A stretch of 64,000 nt of DNA from assembly GCA_963665115.1 (NCBI GenBank), contig OY762007.1, forward strand, positions 5,856,001-5,920,000, in the 5' to 3' direction. Position 1 is the stretch's first letter. Each line of letters begins with the position of its first letter. Of this stretch, positions 1 to 11,796 are shown one piece after another. The notes beneath the pieces were generated by a model, which ran no database searches, was not told where the DNA came from, and was given only the letters and a program-made list of their open reading frames with translations. This stretch comes from an uncultured Rivularia sp. (GTDB lineage: Bacteria; Cyanobacteriota; Cyanobacteriia; Cyanobacteriales; Nostocaceae). The position numbers and the translations under genes are program-made.

Positions 1-519
1 AAAGATCCTAAAATGACTCAGATGGTGAAAAGCCTACAAGTCACTCCCGTACCTTTAGGGGTTATTTTCCAGCAAGTACAGAAAACGAAAAACGAACCCA
101 ACCGCTTATTATTTGCCTTTAAACCTGTTGATAGTGAAGTTAAAGGGGCAATGAACTTGTTGAAAAAAAGCGGTCAACAGGTAAAACAGTTTAGAAGCGT
201 ACCTGTTTTTATCGTTAGATTCGCACCAGATAAAAGCTATGTACCAATTAAACTTGGAGAGAAAAAAGCAGAAGAGGAAGTAGTTCCTTTATTCTTCAGT
301 ATGCAAGACGCTAATAATCTGCTCAACCAAGTAAAGCCAAAATTTCCCAAGGCTGATATTCAGGTGGTAGATGTAGACGGGATACTTAATACTTTGCAAG
401 AGAAAAACGATCCTTGGCTAGATAAAGTCCTATTTTTCCCAAATCCAGAAGCTAGGCAATATATTCAAAAACTTCCTAAGCAAAACGCCCCTAGCTCGGC
501 ACCCGCAAAGAAAAAATAG
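1..519 (+). CDS. tic22: Tic22 family protein, 3' part (5' end outside the window)
   Basis: Open frame from position 1 with the F.SVPVF and VPLFFS..DA..LL motifs typical of cyanobacterial Tic22; lies upstream of prmC. Confidence 0.8.
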   Translation, partial: KDPKMTQMVKSLQVTPVPLGVIFQQVQKTKNEPNRLLFAFKPVDSEVKGAMNLLKKSGQQVKQFRSVPVFIVRFAPDKSYVPIKLGEKKAEEEVVPLFFSMQDANNLLNQVKPKFPKADIQVVDVDGILNTLQEKNDPWLDKVLFFPNPEARQYIQKLPKQNAPSSAPAKKK

Positions 520-545
520 TACATTTACTTACTTTAAATTAAGAC

Positions 546-1451
546 ATGGCGGACAATCAGCAGCTACAAGTATCTGGCAATCAACTTTCCGAGTGGCGAG
601 ATACTGCTATATCGGCTGCTGTATCCGCTAATGTCTCTTCTAGTGAAGTAGATTGGCTGTTGCAGGAAATAGCTGGGCTGGACTCTCTAACACTGCGTAT
701 TGGTTCTTTCAAAGAAAAGTCTCAAATCCAGTTAAAAATACCCCTACAAGAATTATCAAAACTCTGGCAACAAAGACTCAGCGAAAGTCTTCCCGTGCAG
801 TACATTGCAAAAACGACTGCGTGGCGACATTTTAATATTAAAGTTTCACCCTCAGTTTTAATTCCCAGGCCAGAAACCGAATTCTTAATTGATTTAGCTG
901 CTTCCGCAACTGCTGACAACTCAAAAATGCAGCAAGGAAATTGGGCAGATTTGGGAACTGGTAGCGGAATAATCGCTTTAGGACTAGCGAAGGCTTTTAG
1001 TCAAGCAAAAATTCATGCAGTAGATCGTTCTGCCGAAGCGCTTTCTATGGCTCGGTTAAACGCCGATAATTACGATTTAGGCGATCGCATTAAATTCTAT
1101 CAAGGTTTTTGGTGGGAACCCTTGGATTTTCTTAAAGGCGAATTTAGTGGCATGGTATCCAATCCACCTTATATTCCTACAAATACCTTACCTGAGCTAC
1201 AACCGGAAGTATTTAAGCACGAACCGCATTTAGCCTTAGATGGTGGTAAAGATGGTTTAGAATGCATCCGCCATTTGATAGAAACTTCATCCGACTATTT
1301 AAAACCTGGTGGAATATGGTTGGTTGAAATGATGGCAGGACAAGCAGATAAAGTAACTCAAATGCTCCGCGATAACGGTAGCTATAGCAAAATTGAAATT
1401 CACCTCGATTTAGCCCGAATAGAACGTTTTGCCCTTGCTTATAAGAGTTAG
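546..1451 (+). CDS. prmC: Release factor glutamine methyltransferase
   Basis: VLIPRPETE, DLGTGSG, SNPPYI and EPHLALDGG motifs. Confidence 0.95.
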   Translation: MADNQQLQVSGNQLSEWRDTAISAAVSANVSSSEVDWLLQEIAGLDSLTLRIGSFKEKSQIQLKIPLQELSKLWQQRLSESLPVQYIAKTTAWRHFNIKVSPSVLIPRPETEFLIDLAASATADNSKMQQGNWADLGTGSGIIALGLAKAFSQAKIHAVDRSAEALSMARLNADNYDLGDRIKFYQGFWWEPLDFLKGEFSGMVSNPPYIPTNTLPELQPEVFKHEPHLALDGGKDGLECIRHLIETSSDYLKPGGIWLVEMMAGQADKVTQMLRDNGSYSKIEIHLDLARIERFALAYKS

Positions 1452-1582
1452 GAGTTGGGAGTTGGGAGTAGTAAGTAGGGAGTAGCAAGTAGGGAGTAGT
1501 AAGTAGTGAGTAGCAAGTAGGGAGTTAGGAGTTAGGAATGTATTCTATATTGATAACTGTTCACTGTTCACTGTTCACTGAT
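1446..1582. repeat. Heptamer tandem repeats (GGGAGTA-, AAGTAGG- and ACTGTTC-like)
   Basis: Visible 7-bp periodic array between prmC and tsaC. Confidence 0.85.
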
Positions 1583-1584
1583 AA

Positions 1585-2176
1585 ATGACACAGGTTTCTA
1601 TTGCTGATTTGGTAGCGGGAGCAAGAATTGGTAAAGTAATCAGCTTCCCCACGGATACTGTTCCTGCGCTGGCGGCTTTACCCGAATATGCAGAATTAAT
1701 TTTTACAGTAAAACAGCGCAATACAAGTAAACCGCTAATACTTATGGCGGCTGATTCAGAGCAAATATGGGATTTTGTCAAAGGCAGTAAAGAAGAGTAT
1801 GAAATTTGGCGATGTATTGCAGATAAATACTGGGGTGGAGCGCTGACTTTAGTATTGCCTGCATCTGCAAAAGTGCCGTCATGCATGAATCCTAATGACC
1901 CTACTACAATCGGAGTTAGAGTTCCTCGAAGTGATATTGCTCGCAGCATTTTGGCTCAAACAGGCCCCTCTCGCTACTACTAGCGCCAACTTGTCTGGAA
2001 AACCTCCCTTGCAGACTATCGCGGAAATTGAAGCAGAGTTTCCAAATATACCAACTTTGGCGACAACAGCATATGATAGTAAAACGCCTGCTATAGGTAT
2101 TCCTTCCACTGTTGCTAAGTGGGATGGTAAAAAATGGCAAATTTTACGGCAAGGTGCAATTAATTTAGATGTGTAA
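1585..2176 (+). CDS. tsaC: L-threonylcarbamoyladenylate synthase (Sua5/YrdC); +1 frameshift at the C run 1965-1968, probably an artefact
   Basis: FPTDTV, K.R...KPL and IGVRVP in one frame; PLATTSANLSG and PSTV in the next; removing one C joins them. Confidence 0.9.
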
Positions 2177-2385
2177 ATATAGGAATCCGGTTCGCTAGCA
2201 GAATAGTTATTGAAAGAGAAAGCAGAAAGCGTACTGAGATTTTTTGCTGTCCTGAGATAGTTTCTCTGTATTATTTTCAGTATTTATGTATTTATAATAA
2301 TTGAGATTCGATTAATCTATCTAATGATGGAATCGAATATTGTACCTTTGCGATCAATTAAGAACTTTTTATTTAGCACAAAATT

Positions 2386-3300
2386 ATGGATTGGAATAAC
2401 TGGGTATATTTTGGCGCTGGATTAGCATCAGGAATAGGTATTTACAAGTTTTTGCTCAACTCAAATTCTAATAAGTCCTCTTTTACCCTGCCAGAAATAG
2501 AATCGGAGCAAGATGTAGTACAGCTATCTCAAAGAATGAGAGAAGTTGAACTGGCTTACCATATGGCACGAGAAATGAGCCAGTTTAAAGCCGGATTTCT
2601 AGCTCGAACTACTCATGTATTGCGATCGCCACTTAATGGTTTAATTGGGTTGCATCAATTAATTTTATCGGATTTATGTGAAAATCCGGAGGAAGAACGC
2701 GAGTTTATCGGGCAAGCTCACGAACGAGCTTTAATCTTATTAAATCTTATTGATGAAATTCTTCATATTGCCAGAGCAGAACATGGCAATAGTAAGTTAG
2801 ATATTCAGTCTTGCTCGTTAAATAAAATTTTACAGGAAGTACATGAATTAACTTATATGCTTGCTGAAAATCGTAATTATCCCTTTAAGATATTACAATC
2901 AAACGAGGAAATTTATGTTTGTGCAGATCCACGCTGGTTAAAACAAATATTAGTGCAGATGGTAGATATTGCTATTTCTCGAATGGAAGAAGGTAAAATC
3001 ACTATTTCTACCAAAGCTGACGATGGAAATAATGTTGCTTTTATTTGGCTAGATGTACCTAGTGAAGCTATTCCTTCTAACGAACCTATAGATTTAATTG
3101 AGTCAGAAGACGAGAAGAAAATGGATGAGGAGGAAATTAAGTTACTCCAAGCAGGAATGAAGCTATTACTAAATCAAACTTTACTTGAAGTAATGAAAGG
3201 AAAACTAGAAATTGTTTCCTATCCTGATAATAGAGACGAATATTCTAGATTGCAAATTTCTATCCCTCTAGGGACTCAGTTAGCTGAGTTACAGCACTAA
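2386..3300 (+). CDS. Histidine kinase-like protein (HisKA plus degenerate HATPase)
   Basis: FLARTTHVLRSPLNGLIG H-box and AD..WLKQIL; no clear N or G boxes. Confidence 0.75.
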   Translation: MDWNNWVYFGAGLASGIGIYKFLLNSNSNKSSFTLPEIESEQDVVQLSQRMREVELAYHMAREMSQFKAGFLARTTHVLRSPLNGLIGLHQLILSDLCENPEEEREFIGQAHERALILLNLIDEILHIARAEHGNSKLDIQSCSLNKILQEVHELTYMLAENRNYPFKILQSNEEIYVCADPRWLKQILVQMVDIAISRMEEGKITISTKADDGNNVAFIWLDVPSEAIPSNEPIDLIESEDEKKMDEEEIKLLQAGMKLLLNQTLLEVMKGKLEIVSYPDNRDEYSRLQISIPLGTQLAELQH

Positions 3301-3736
3301 GACTATCTAAATTTGTCAGATTTGAGCGATTATATATCACCATTGTTGTGGAGGAATTTTGCTCAAAGCCAATCTTTTCGTAAAATTGTTGCTGGTGAGT
3401 CGTCATCAAATAGACACGTTCGACTTTATTCATCCGTGGATGACTCAAAACCGTTTCAACTAATTTACTACCCAGCCCAGTTCCACGAAAGTCTGGATGA
3501 ATTACAACATCCCAAATCGTACCGCGATAAACACCGTCACTTGTTGCTCTAGCAAAACCGATTAATTGCTGTTTATTCCACACAGCAATTACTGGTTCGC
3601 TATTTTTGATGGCTTCCGCTAAATCCTCTATATTGCGCTCTTTCGCCCAAAAAGCGCCTAAAGTAAACAATTTTTGCAATTGGACTAGATCGATTTTTGA
3701 TTTTGCATCGCTAAATAAAATCTGAGAATTATTCAT
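3260..3736 (-). CDS. GNAT acetyltransferase (Ycf52-like)
   Basis: IGFARATSDG, WDVVIHPDFRGTGLG and FYEKIGF motifs. Confidence 0.9.
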   Translation of the reverse strand: MNNSQILFSDAKSKIDLVQLQKLFTLGAFWAKERNIEDLAEAIKNSEPVIAVWNKQQLIGFARATSDGVYRGTIWDVVIHPDFRGTGLGSKLVETVLSHPRMNKVERVYLMTTHQQQFYEKIGFEQNSSTTMVIYNRSNLTNLDSLSAVTQLTESLEG

Positions 3737-3939
3737 CTACCCTAACCAGCTAAAAGTTGTATTAATTGCAGTTACACCGAAGGAGTAAATCTTGCTTATG
3801 CAGCGCCTCTCAAAGAATCGGGGGCTTGAGATTATATAAAAAACTGGAACACTGTTTCTTTATTTCGGTGTAAGACTTAATTTTACAACACAAAAATTAT
3901 ACTTTTTCAATACAAGTACTTAAAATTAGCATATAACAA

Positions 3940-4377
3940 CTATTTGCAAACCCATTTCCATAAAGGATGAGAAGAACCTTGCTGACGAATGCGATAAACT
4001 TGCTTTTCCAAACGCTGTTTTTCTGCATCTGGCAAACCAAATAAAATATTACGACTTTGCCAAACTAAAACACTAACGGTCATACCTACACATAAAGCAA
4101 GTCCAACCGCAGCAAAAGGGTTGAAAAATAGACCATATCGCACCGAAGCCCAGGTAAAATATTGCTGCAAGAACTTAATATCTTCACGCAATTCCCACAA
4201 GCACAAAGGTGCTACAGTCACCCATAAAAATCCAGCTAACAGCCATCTACCGTAAACCGTCAGCCGATGCAATCTTTGCACCTGTTGAACAAAAGATGAA
4301 TCAGATGATGGTTGTTCTACTTGAGCCATGAAAAGGGGAAGAGGGGGGAGAGGGGGGAGAGGGGGAGAGGAAGACAA
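3940..4377 (-). CDS. Cyanobacterial membrane protein of unknown function; real start probably near 4329 (MAQVEQ)
   Basis: Two hydrophobic segments; the N-terminal PPLPPL stretch is translated tandem repeat. Confidence 0.7.
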   Translation of the reverse strand: MSSSPPLPPLPPLPLFMAQVEQPSSDSSFVQQVQRLHRLTVYGRWLLAGFLWVTVAPLCLWELREDIKFLQQYFTWASVRYGLFFNPFAAVGLALCVGMTVSVLVWQSRNILFGLPDAEKQRLEKQVYRIRQQGSSHPLWKWVCK

Positions 4378-4430
4378 GGGGACAAGGGGACAAGGGGAAT
4401 TTTAACCTTTAACCTTTAACCTTTAACCTT
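4335..4430. repeat. Tandem repeats GAGGGGGGA, GGGGACAA and TTTAACC
   Basis: Visible arrays downstream of secF. Confidence 0.8.
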
Positions 4431-4459
4431 ACTTACTCCTCACTCATAAATCCTAACTG

Positions 4460-5437
4460 TCAACTGTTAACCGTCAACTGTTCGCTGTTTCCAGCAGGAG
4501 GGTTTGATTTTTCTTGTCGTTCGCGCCACCAAGCTAGAAGCGTGCTGGCAATAAAGATACTGGAATATGCTCCTGCAACGAAACCAAGAATTAAGGCTAA
4601 AGCAAAGTTTTTTAAGGTTTCCCCACCAAATAGAAAGATTGCGATTAATGACAGTAAAGTTGTTAGCGTCGTATTTATCGATCGCGCTAAGGTTTGATTT
4701 ACTGCATCGTCTACAACTTCAACTATGGGACGATTGGGATCTTGTTTAAGAGTTTCGCGAATTCGGTCGTAAATTACTACGGTATCGTTAACTGAGAAAC
4801 CCGTGATGGTAAGTAAAGCGACAATGAATAAGCTATCAACTTCTATACCGAATAATAATCCAAATATCGAGAAAATCCCCGTTGTCATTAACAGATCGTG
4901 AAAAGTCGCGACAATGGCAAATATTGCATAGTCTTTCTGAAATCTAATTGATAGGTAAATTACAATACCAGCGAATGCTACGAGTAAAGAAGTTATTCCG
5001 CTATTAAATAATTGCCTTCCTAAAGTAGGCCCTACAGTATCAATCTGACTGTTTTTCGGGTCAAAAGTACCAATTTTTTCGCTCAAAGCACTTTGCAACT
5101 GGGTGCGTTTATCTACATCCAAAGTTTTTGTGCGAATCAATACACCGTTGTTTTCACCAGTTTCTCCGTCGGCAATAAGTTGGATACTGCTATCGGCTAA
5201 TTCCTGAGCTTCTACAACTTCTCGGACTGTATTGATATCAATTGGTTGTTCGCAGTTATTCGGTAAAGTACAGTCTCTTTCAAACTGCAATCGCGTACCA
5301 CCGACAAAATCTAAACTAGGACGAAGCGGTGCGCCAATTTGCTGCCAAGACACTAGCATAGAGATGATGCCAGCTAAGATGATGGCACCGGAAATACTCC
5401 ACCACAGAGTTCGCGTTTTATTAACACTTATTTTCAT
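4460..5437 (-). CDS. secF: Protein translocase subunit SecF
   Basis: [31 protein letters not shown] and RSINTTLTT motifs. Confidence 0.97.
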   Translation of the reverse strand: MKISVNKTRTLWWSISGAIILAGIISMLVSWQQIGAPLRPSLDFVGGTRLQFERDCTLPNNCEQPIDINTVREVVEAQELADSSIQLIADGETGENNGVLIRTKTLDVDKRTQLQSALSEKIGTFDPKNSQIDTVGPTLGRQLFNSGITSLLVAFAGIVIYLSIRFQKDYAIFAIVATFHDLLMTTGIFSIFGLLFGIEVDSLFIVALLTITGFSVNDTVVIYDRIRETLKQDPNRPIVEVVDDAVNQTLARSINTTLTTLLSLIAIFLFGGETLKNFALALILGFVAGAYSSIFIASTLLAWWRERQEKSNPPAGNSEQLTVNS

Positions 5438-6867
5438 CTCGCCACCCCTGCTTTATTTATTGAAGTTGGCAGGTTAGGACAGAAAAGTTCTGGCTTGCGT
5501 ATTGAATCAATTCTGATTGCTAAAAACATTAGCGTGCGGCTACAAGTTACTGCTGTAAACATACTAACTGCTACCCCTACAGCCAAAGTTACAGCAAAGC
5601 CTTTGACTAAGCCAAATCCAAACTGAAACAGCGCTGCACAGGCAATCAGTGTAGTGACATTGCTATCTAAAATACTAGACCATGCGCGGTAAAAACCCGA
5701 TTCCACAGAACGATACAGTGATTTACCTGCTCGTAATTCTTCGCGGGTGCGCTCAAAAATTAGCACGTTAGCATCAACTGCCATACCAATACTAAGAATA
5801 AAACCGGCAATACCGGGTAAAGTTAAAGTTACGCCAAGCAAAGCGAAACAAGCCCAAGTAAAAAGCGCATAAATTACCAGGGCGATATTAGCAATAATTC
5901 CGGGTAGTCTGTAGTAAACCACCATAAATATTAATACTAAAATCAAACCACCAACGGCAGCGTAAATACTGCGGTTAATGCTATCTCTACCTAATGTCGC
6001 ACCGACTGTACGATTCTCGACAATTTCTATCGGTACTGGTAGAGAACCACCGCGTAACTGCACTGCTAAGTTTTGAGCTTCTTGAGCGGAAAAGTCACCT
6101 TCAATGACAGCATTACCACCACTAATTCCCGTGCTTGCAAATTGAGGCCCTACAGAAGCAGCGCTAATTAATTCATTATCAAGAAAAATACCAATACTGC
6201 GTCCAGTACCCGCGAGATTTTTAGTCAACTCGGCAAATAGTTCGCCACCTTTTTGATTGAATTGAAGTCCCGCACTCCAACCACGCGCACCTTGTTGCGG
6301 GCTTAAAGCATTTGCATTCGTTAAATATTTACCCGTTAACGGCGTTTCTAAACTTGCGAATAATTCAGAAATTGCCTCTTGATTCGTTTTTAATTCTTGC
6401 TGATTTTTCTCAATTGCAGCTTTATCTTTATCTTCATCTTCAGCAGCAAGTAAATCTGCTTGTTGAGCTTTGAGTTGTTGACGATTAGCTCTCAAAGCAA
6501 AAAGTTGAGTTTCTGTTTCCGGCTTTTGAGTCATAAACTCTAACTGTGCCGTACCACCTAAAACCCGTTCGGCTTGTTCCGAAGTCTCAACTCCAGGCAG
6601 TTGAACTGAAATTTTATCCGTTCCAACAGTTTGAATTACAGGTTCGGAAACACCGAGTCCGTTAACTCGATTACCAAGAACCGTTTGTACCGCTTCCAAT
6701 TCACGTTCGGTTATCTGTTTAATTTCAGGAGTCGTCTTTACCTGAATAGTCAGTTGCGAACCTCCCTTCAAATCTAGCCCCAAAGGCACCTTAATAGTGG
6801 TAATCACCGTCACTGCGGCAATTACCAGAAGAAAAATCAAAGCTAAAAACAATCGCTGTTTTTGCAT
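5434..6867 (-). CDS. secD: Protein translocase subunit SecD
   Basis: [21 protein letters not shown] and ILDSNVTTL motifs; overlaps the secF start. Confidence 0.97.
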   Translation of the reverse strand: MQKQRLFLALIFLLVIAAVTVITTIKVPLGLDLKGGSQLTIQVKTTPEIKQITERELEAVQTVLGNRVNGLGVSEPVIQTVGTDKISVQLPGVETSEQAERVLGGTAQLEFMTQKPETETQLFALRANRQQLKAQQADLLAAEDEDKDKAAIEKNQQELKTNQEAISELFASLETPLTGKYLTNANALSPQQGARGWSAGLQFNQKGGELFAELTKNLAGTGRSIGIFLDNELISAASVGPQFASTGISGGNAVIEGDFSAQEAQNLAVQLRGGSLPVPIEIVENRTVGATLGRDSINRSIYAAVGGLILVLIFMVVYYRLPGIIANIALVIYALFTWACFALLGVTLTLPGIAGFILSIGMAVDANVLIFERTREELRAGKSLYRSVESGFYRAWSSILDSNVTTLIACAALFQFGFGLVKGFAVTLAVGVAVSMFTAVTCSRTLMFLAIRIDSIRKPELFCPNLPTSINKAGVAR

Positions 6868-6942
6868 ACCATCCCCAAAAAGCGCGACAAACGCTATAAT
6901 AGCGCTTCTCGATCGGTTATGAGCGAATAGTTATTATTTTTT

Positions 6943-7165
6943 GGGAATTGGGAATTGGGGATTGGGAATTGGGGATTGGGGATTGGGGATTGGGAATTGG
7001 GGATTGGGGATTGGGAATTGCGGATTGGGGATTGCGGATTGCGGATTGGTAATTGCGGATTGCGGATTGGTAATTAGGAATTGGGGATTGGGAATTGGGA
7101 ATTGCGGATTGGGAATTGCGGATTGGGAATTGGTAATTGGTAATTGGTAATTGGGGATTGGTAAT
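6943..7165. repeat. Long STRR array (GGGRATT, GCGGATT, GGTAATT)
   Basis: About 30 heptamers sharing an ATT core, of the STRR1 CCCCART type. Confidence 0.92.
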
Positions 7166-7181
7166 TGTATAAGTAATAACT

Positions 7182-7204
7182 AGGGAGCAAGATGCTCCCA
7201 CTAC
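7182..7204. repeat. Small palindromic dispersed repeat
   Basis: GGGAGCAAGATGCTCCC hairpin followed by ACTAC. Confidence 0.55.
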
Positions 7205-7299
7205 AAATGGTTTTATAACTCCTAACTCCTAGCTCTTAACTCTTAACTCTTAACTCCTAACTATGCCCAATGTCCCATCCCCCATGCCCATTCCCATTT

Positions 7300-8284
7300 T
7301 TAAACTCTTGCTGCAACCATTTTTTCTACTGCTTCAACAATTTGCTCTGGTTGAACAATTGTTAATCTTTCTAAGTTGCCGTTGTAAGGTGTGGGAATGT
7401 CTTGAGAAGAAAGTCGCAATACTGGCGCATCCAATTCGTCAAATAAGCGTTCGTTGATTGAAGCGATAATTTCTGCTGCTACTCCTCCGGTTCTCATGCA
7501 TTCTTCTACAATGATTACTCGGTGGGTTTTGCGTATGGATTCACCGATGGTATCAAAATCTAATGGTTTTAAAGAAATTAAATCGATAACTTCTGGGTCA
7601 AAACCGGATTTTTCTAATGTTTTTACGGCTTGCATTACGTGATAGCGCATTCGCGAATAAGTAATAATTGTGACATCTTTACCGCTTCGCACAACTTCTG
7701 CTTTATCCAATGGCACCAAGTATTCTTCTTCGGGTAAATCTTCTTTTAAGTTATAAAGCAGTACGTGTTCAAAAAACAATACCGGGTTGTCATCGCGAAT
7801 AGCTGATTTTAATAAACCTTTAGCATTGTAGGGTGTGGAACAAGCAACGATTTTTAATCCTGGAACAGCTTGGAAGTAAGCTTCCAAACGCTGGGAATGT
7901 TCTGCACCTAATTGATTTCCAACTCCACCGGGGGCCGCGAATTACTAAAGGTATTTTAAAGTTACCGCCAGAAGTGTAGCGCAACATTCCGGCATTATTG
8001 GATATCTGGTTGAAGGCTAACAGCAAAAAGCCCATATTCATGCCTTCAATTATCGGTCTTAACCCGGTCATTGCAGCACCTACCGCTAATCCGGTAAAAC
8101 TGTTTTCGGCAATGGGTGTATCTAAAACTCTCAGTTCGCCATATTTTTTGTATAAGTCTTTAGTTACTTTATAGGAACCACCATAGTGTCCTACATCTTC
8201 ACCAAGTACCATCACGGTTTTATCTCGCGCCATTTCCTCATCAGTGGCTTCCCGCAAAGCATTAAAAAATAGAGTTTCTGCCAT
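7300..8284 (-). CDS. pdhB: Pyruvate dehydrogenase E1 beta subunit; +1 frameshift at the G run 7930-7934, probably an artefact
   Basis: [14 protein letters not shown] and DTPIAE, then [10 protein letters not shown] and ELDAPVLRL in the next frame. Confidence 0.95.
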
Positions 8285-8792
8285 TAGTTCAAAATTTACA
8301 AATATTGTTGAATGAATTTTATCGCGTCTCCGTGAAAAATACGGTAAAGATAGCGTAAGTTGTGCAATAACACCTAACTTTTCCGAAAGAAGATAATAAT
8401 CACCGCATCGTATGAATTATATAATGTTTCTTTCGCAGAAGATGACAGTATATTTTGTAAAATGCACTTATAGTAGTTTTACCTGTTCTTTTCAAGCATA
8501 AATAATACCCTTAGTCGTGCTTCTAGATATTAAACTTGATCGCCTATTATACTAATTAATAATTACTATAATCACTAATAAATCTTGTCACAAACATTAA
8601 AAAACTCCAGCATTATAGTTTACCGATAGAACTATAACTCTGGAGATAATTTAAAACTGCGATGGGGGCAGGATAGCTGAACGCACTGGCTTGTCGCTCA
8701 AAAGACAGCAAAATCAAGTAAACAACTCGATTTCTATATTTTTTTCTTTTACAAAGAATTTTAAATAAAAATTTTCTTTGTAAATTGAAAGT

Positions 8793-9125
8793 TTAGCAAT
8801 TAGAAGAAACTGTTGAATCTTCTTCAGAAGTTGCTTGAGTTACGCTTGTTCCAGCAGCTTGATTATAATCGCTATTTTCTGGAAATCTTCTTGGTCTTCC
8901 TGGTTTACGCTTGTGCCTTTGATTAATTGATTTTTCGCTTGCTCCAGCCAACTCTTCTGGCGTACATTTAAACAGGCGTAACGCATCCCAGTATTTTTTA
9001 GGTGTCATGGTTGGTTCGGTTCGCCCTGCTTCCCAGTTGCGAACGCTCGTTTCACTGATTGCAAGCCTGAACGCAACCTCTGCACGGCTGAGTCCCGCAC
9101 GTTCTCTCAGGACTTGCATATCCAT
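8793..9125 (-). CDS. XRE-family HTH regulator with a C-terminal AT-hook-like motif
   Basis: LRERAGLSRAEVA...VRNWEAGRTEP; KRKPGRPRR. Confidence 0.85.
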   Translation of the reverse strand: MDMQVLRERAGLSRAEVAFRLAISETSVRNWEAGRTEPTMTPKKYWDALRLFKCTPEELAGASEKSINQRHKRKPGRPRRFPENSDYNQAAGTSVTQATSEEDSTVSSNC

Positions 9126-9664
9126 ATCTCAATGCTCCCTTTTCAAAACTCATTAATTAGATTTATTAAATCAATTGACAAAAAAAGCCAACTGAAAATT
9201 ATTTGTTAACTATATTATTGTATAGGACTTTGCATACCCGTATGGCAATCTAACCATACTGCAATCAATCTTTTACTATCTTCTACCGTTTTTATTCTAA
9301 TTAATCTCTATAAAAAGATAGATGTGAAAAATACAGTGATAGTATCTATAATATTTTCTTAGCTTATGTTTAAAAATTTTTCGATCATAAAATTAGACGC
9401 AAAAATAGTTTATATACGAAAAATTAAGGTTATTTCGTACTTATTATGCCAATTAAATAGTTTTAGAACAGGGAACAGGGAACAGGGGAAAAGACGATAT
9501 TAGAAAATAATATTAGTTCCGAAACTTAATAAATATGCTCAAGTGTCAGCAAAAATCTTTACAAGACTTATCATCTTCCACAACTAACAACCTAAATTAA
9601 TATCGTCTTTTTCCTCTACTCCTTTATCCAATACCCGATAAATCTTTGTGCTTCGTTCTGCTTC

Positions 9665-10643
<979 letters not shown>

Positions 10644-10930
10644 AATTTTTTTTAAACAGTAAGGAAAACTTTTACAGACAAAATTCAAAGCGTCACAAAC
10701 TGCAAGCAAAATTGAACTTTGAAAGGACAAACTGCAAACAGCGCTTAACTTTCCTATGCCCTACTGTCTGCGAAGATGTGGGGCAATTTTGTATTTTACA
10801 ACTAGCTTTACATATATCCTAAAAAAGCTTAAAAAGTATTCACTTGAAAATATTATTTAATCAATTTTTAGTTGGCTACTTGTTTCTTTGGTCAATTATT
10901 TTTCACAATTTTTAATATTGAGATGAAATA

Positions 10931-11183
10931 CTAAGTAGGTTGGCGTTGAAAATTGTAATTAGGACAAGGGAGTAGGCAGTAGGGAGTAGGGAGTCAAAAG
11001 TAGAGAGTAGGGAGTAGGGAGTAGGGAGTCAAAAGTAGAGAGTAGAGAGTAGAGAGTAGGGAGTAGGGAGTAAAAAGTAGAGAGTAGAGAGTAGAGAGTA
11101 GGGAGTAAAAATTAGAGAGTAAGGCTTTAGAGTCAATTTACATTTTGTAACGTAGTTTGGTTTACTTGTGCCAACTTACTTAG
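10931..11183. mobile_element. MITE-like element with 14-bp terminal inverted repeats enclosing AGRGAGT heptamers
   Basis: CTAAGTAGGTTGGC ... GCCAACTTACTTAG (1 mismatch). Confidence 0.65.
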
Positions 11184-11319
11184 TTAAATGAAGCGGACTG
11201 TTGAAAAAAAAAAGAAGATGTGTGAGTGAGCCAAGTGAAAATTTGATGCTGTGAGTTTTCCAGGCTTTCAAGCTAACTAAAAGAACAGGCGATTGTATCT
11301 GAGGGCTGGATAATAAATG

Positions 11320-11661
11320 CTAAACGACTCTAAAAATGAAGGGATAGCGAAAAGGTTTCTCGGAGTCTCCTAAGACGTGGAAAAGCGCCCAGATTGTAAG
11401 TCCCCAATGAAGAACAAACCATACAGGTACTAGAGACCAAAGCAAACCAAAAGTAGCAGAAACCAATACTCCGATAATTATTCCAAAAAGCCAAACGTTT
11501 AAATAGAAATTGAGAGCTTCTTTCGCATTGTCCTTTACAACTGGATCTTGAGTAGTAAAAAATATCACGATAGGAATGGCAATAGGTACCACTATGAAGT
11601 TTAAAAAAATCGCTCCGTGAGACAGTGCTGATAAAAGCTTTCTGCTGTCGGTGTCGTACAT
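11320..11661 (-). CDS. DUF4870-like small membrane protein
   Basis: LSALSH...NAKEALNF...FRYPFI pattern with three hydrophobic segments. Confidence 0.75.
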   Translation of the reverse strand: MYDTDSRKLLSALSHGAIFLNFIVVPIAIPIVIFFTTQDPVVKDNAKEALNFYLNVWLFGIIIGVLVSATFGLLWSLVPVWFVLHWGLTIWALFHVLGDSEKPFRYPFIFRVV

Positions 11662-11796
11662 TTTCTCCTCCCCTGAAGTTGAGATGACCGAATTATATAA
11701 CGAACCGATTACCTTGATAGTTGTTTTAAGATTAAAAGACCTCAGCTAAATTGAAAAACCATTATTTTAGTTAGAATACAACCAAACAAATACCTT

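Noticed and set aside
6943..7165. Possible CRISPR array
   Set aside because: Contiguous 7-bp units without unique spacers; no cas genes in the window
6917..7201. ORFs 6917-7201 (-) and 6941-7150 (+)
   Set aside because: They are translations of the heptamer array, not plausible proteins
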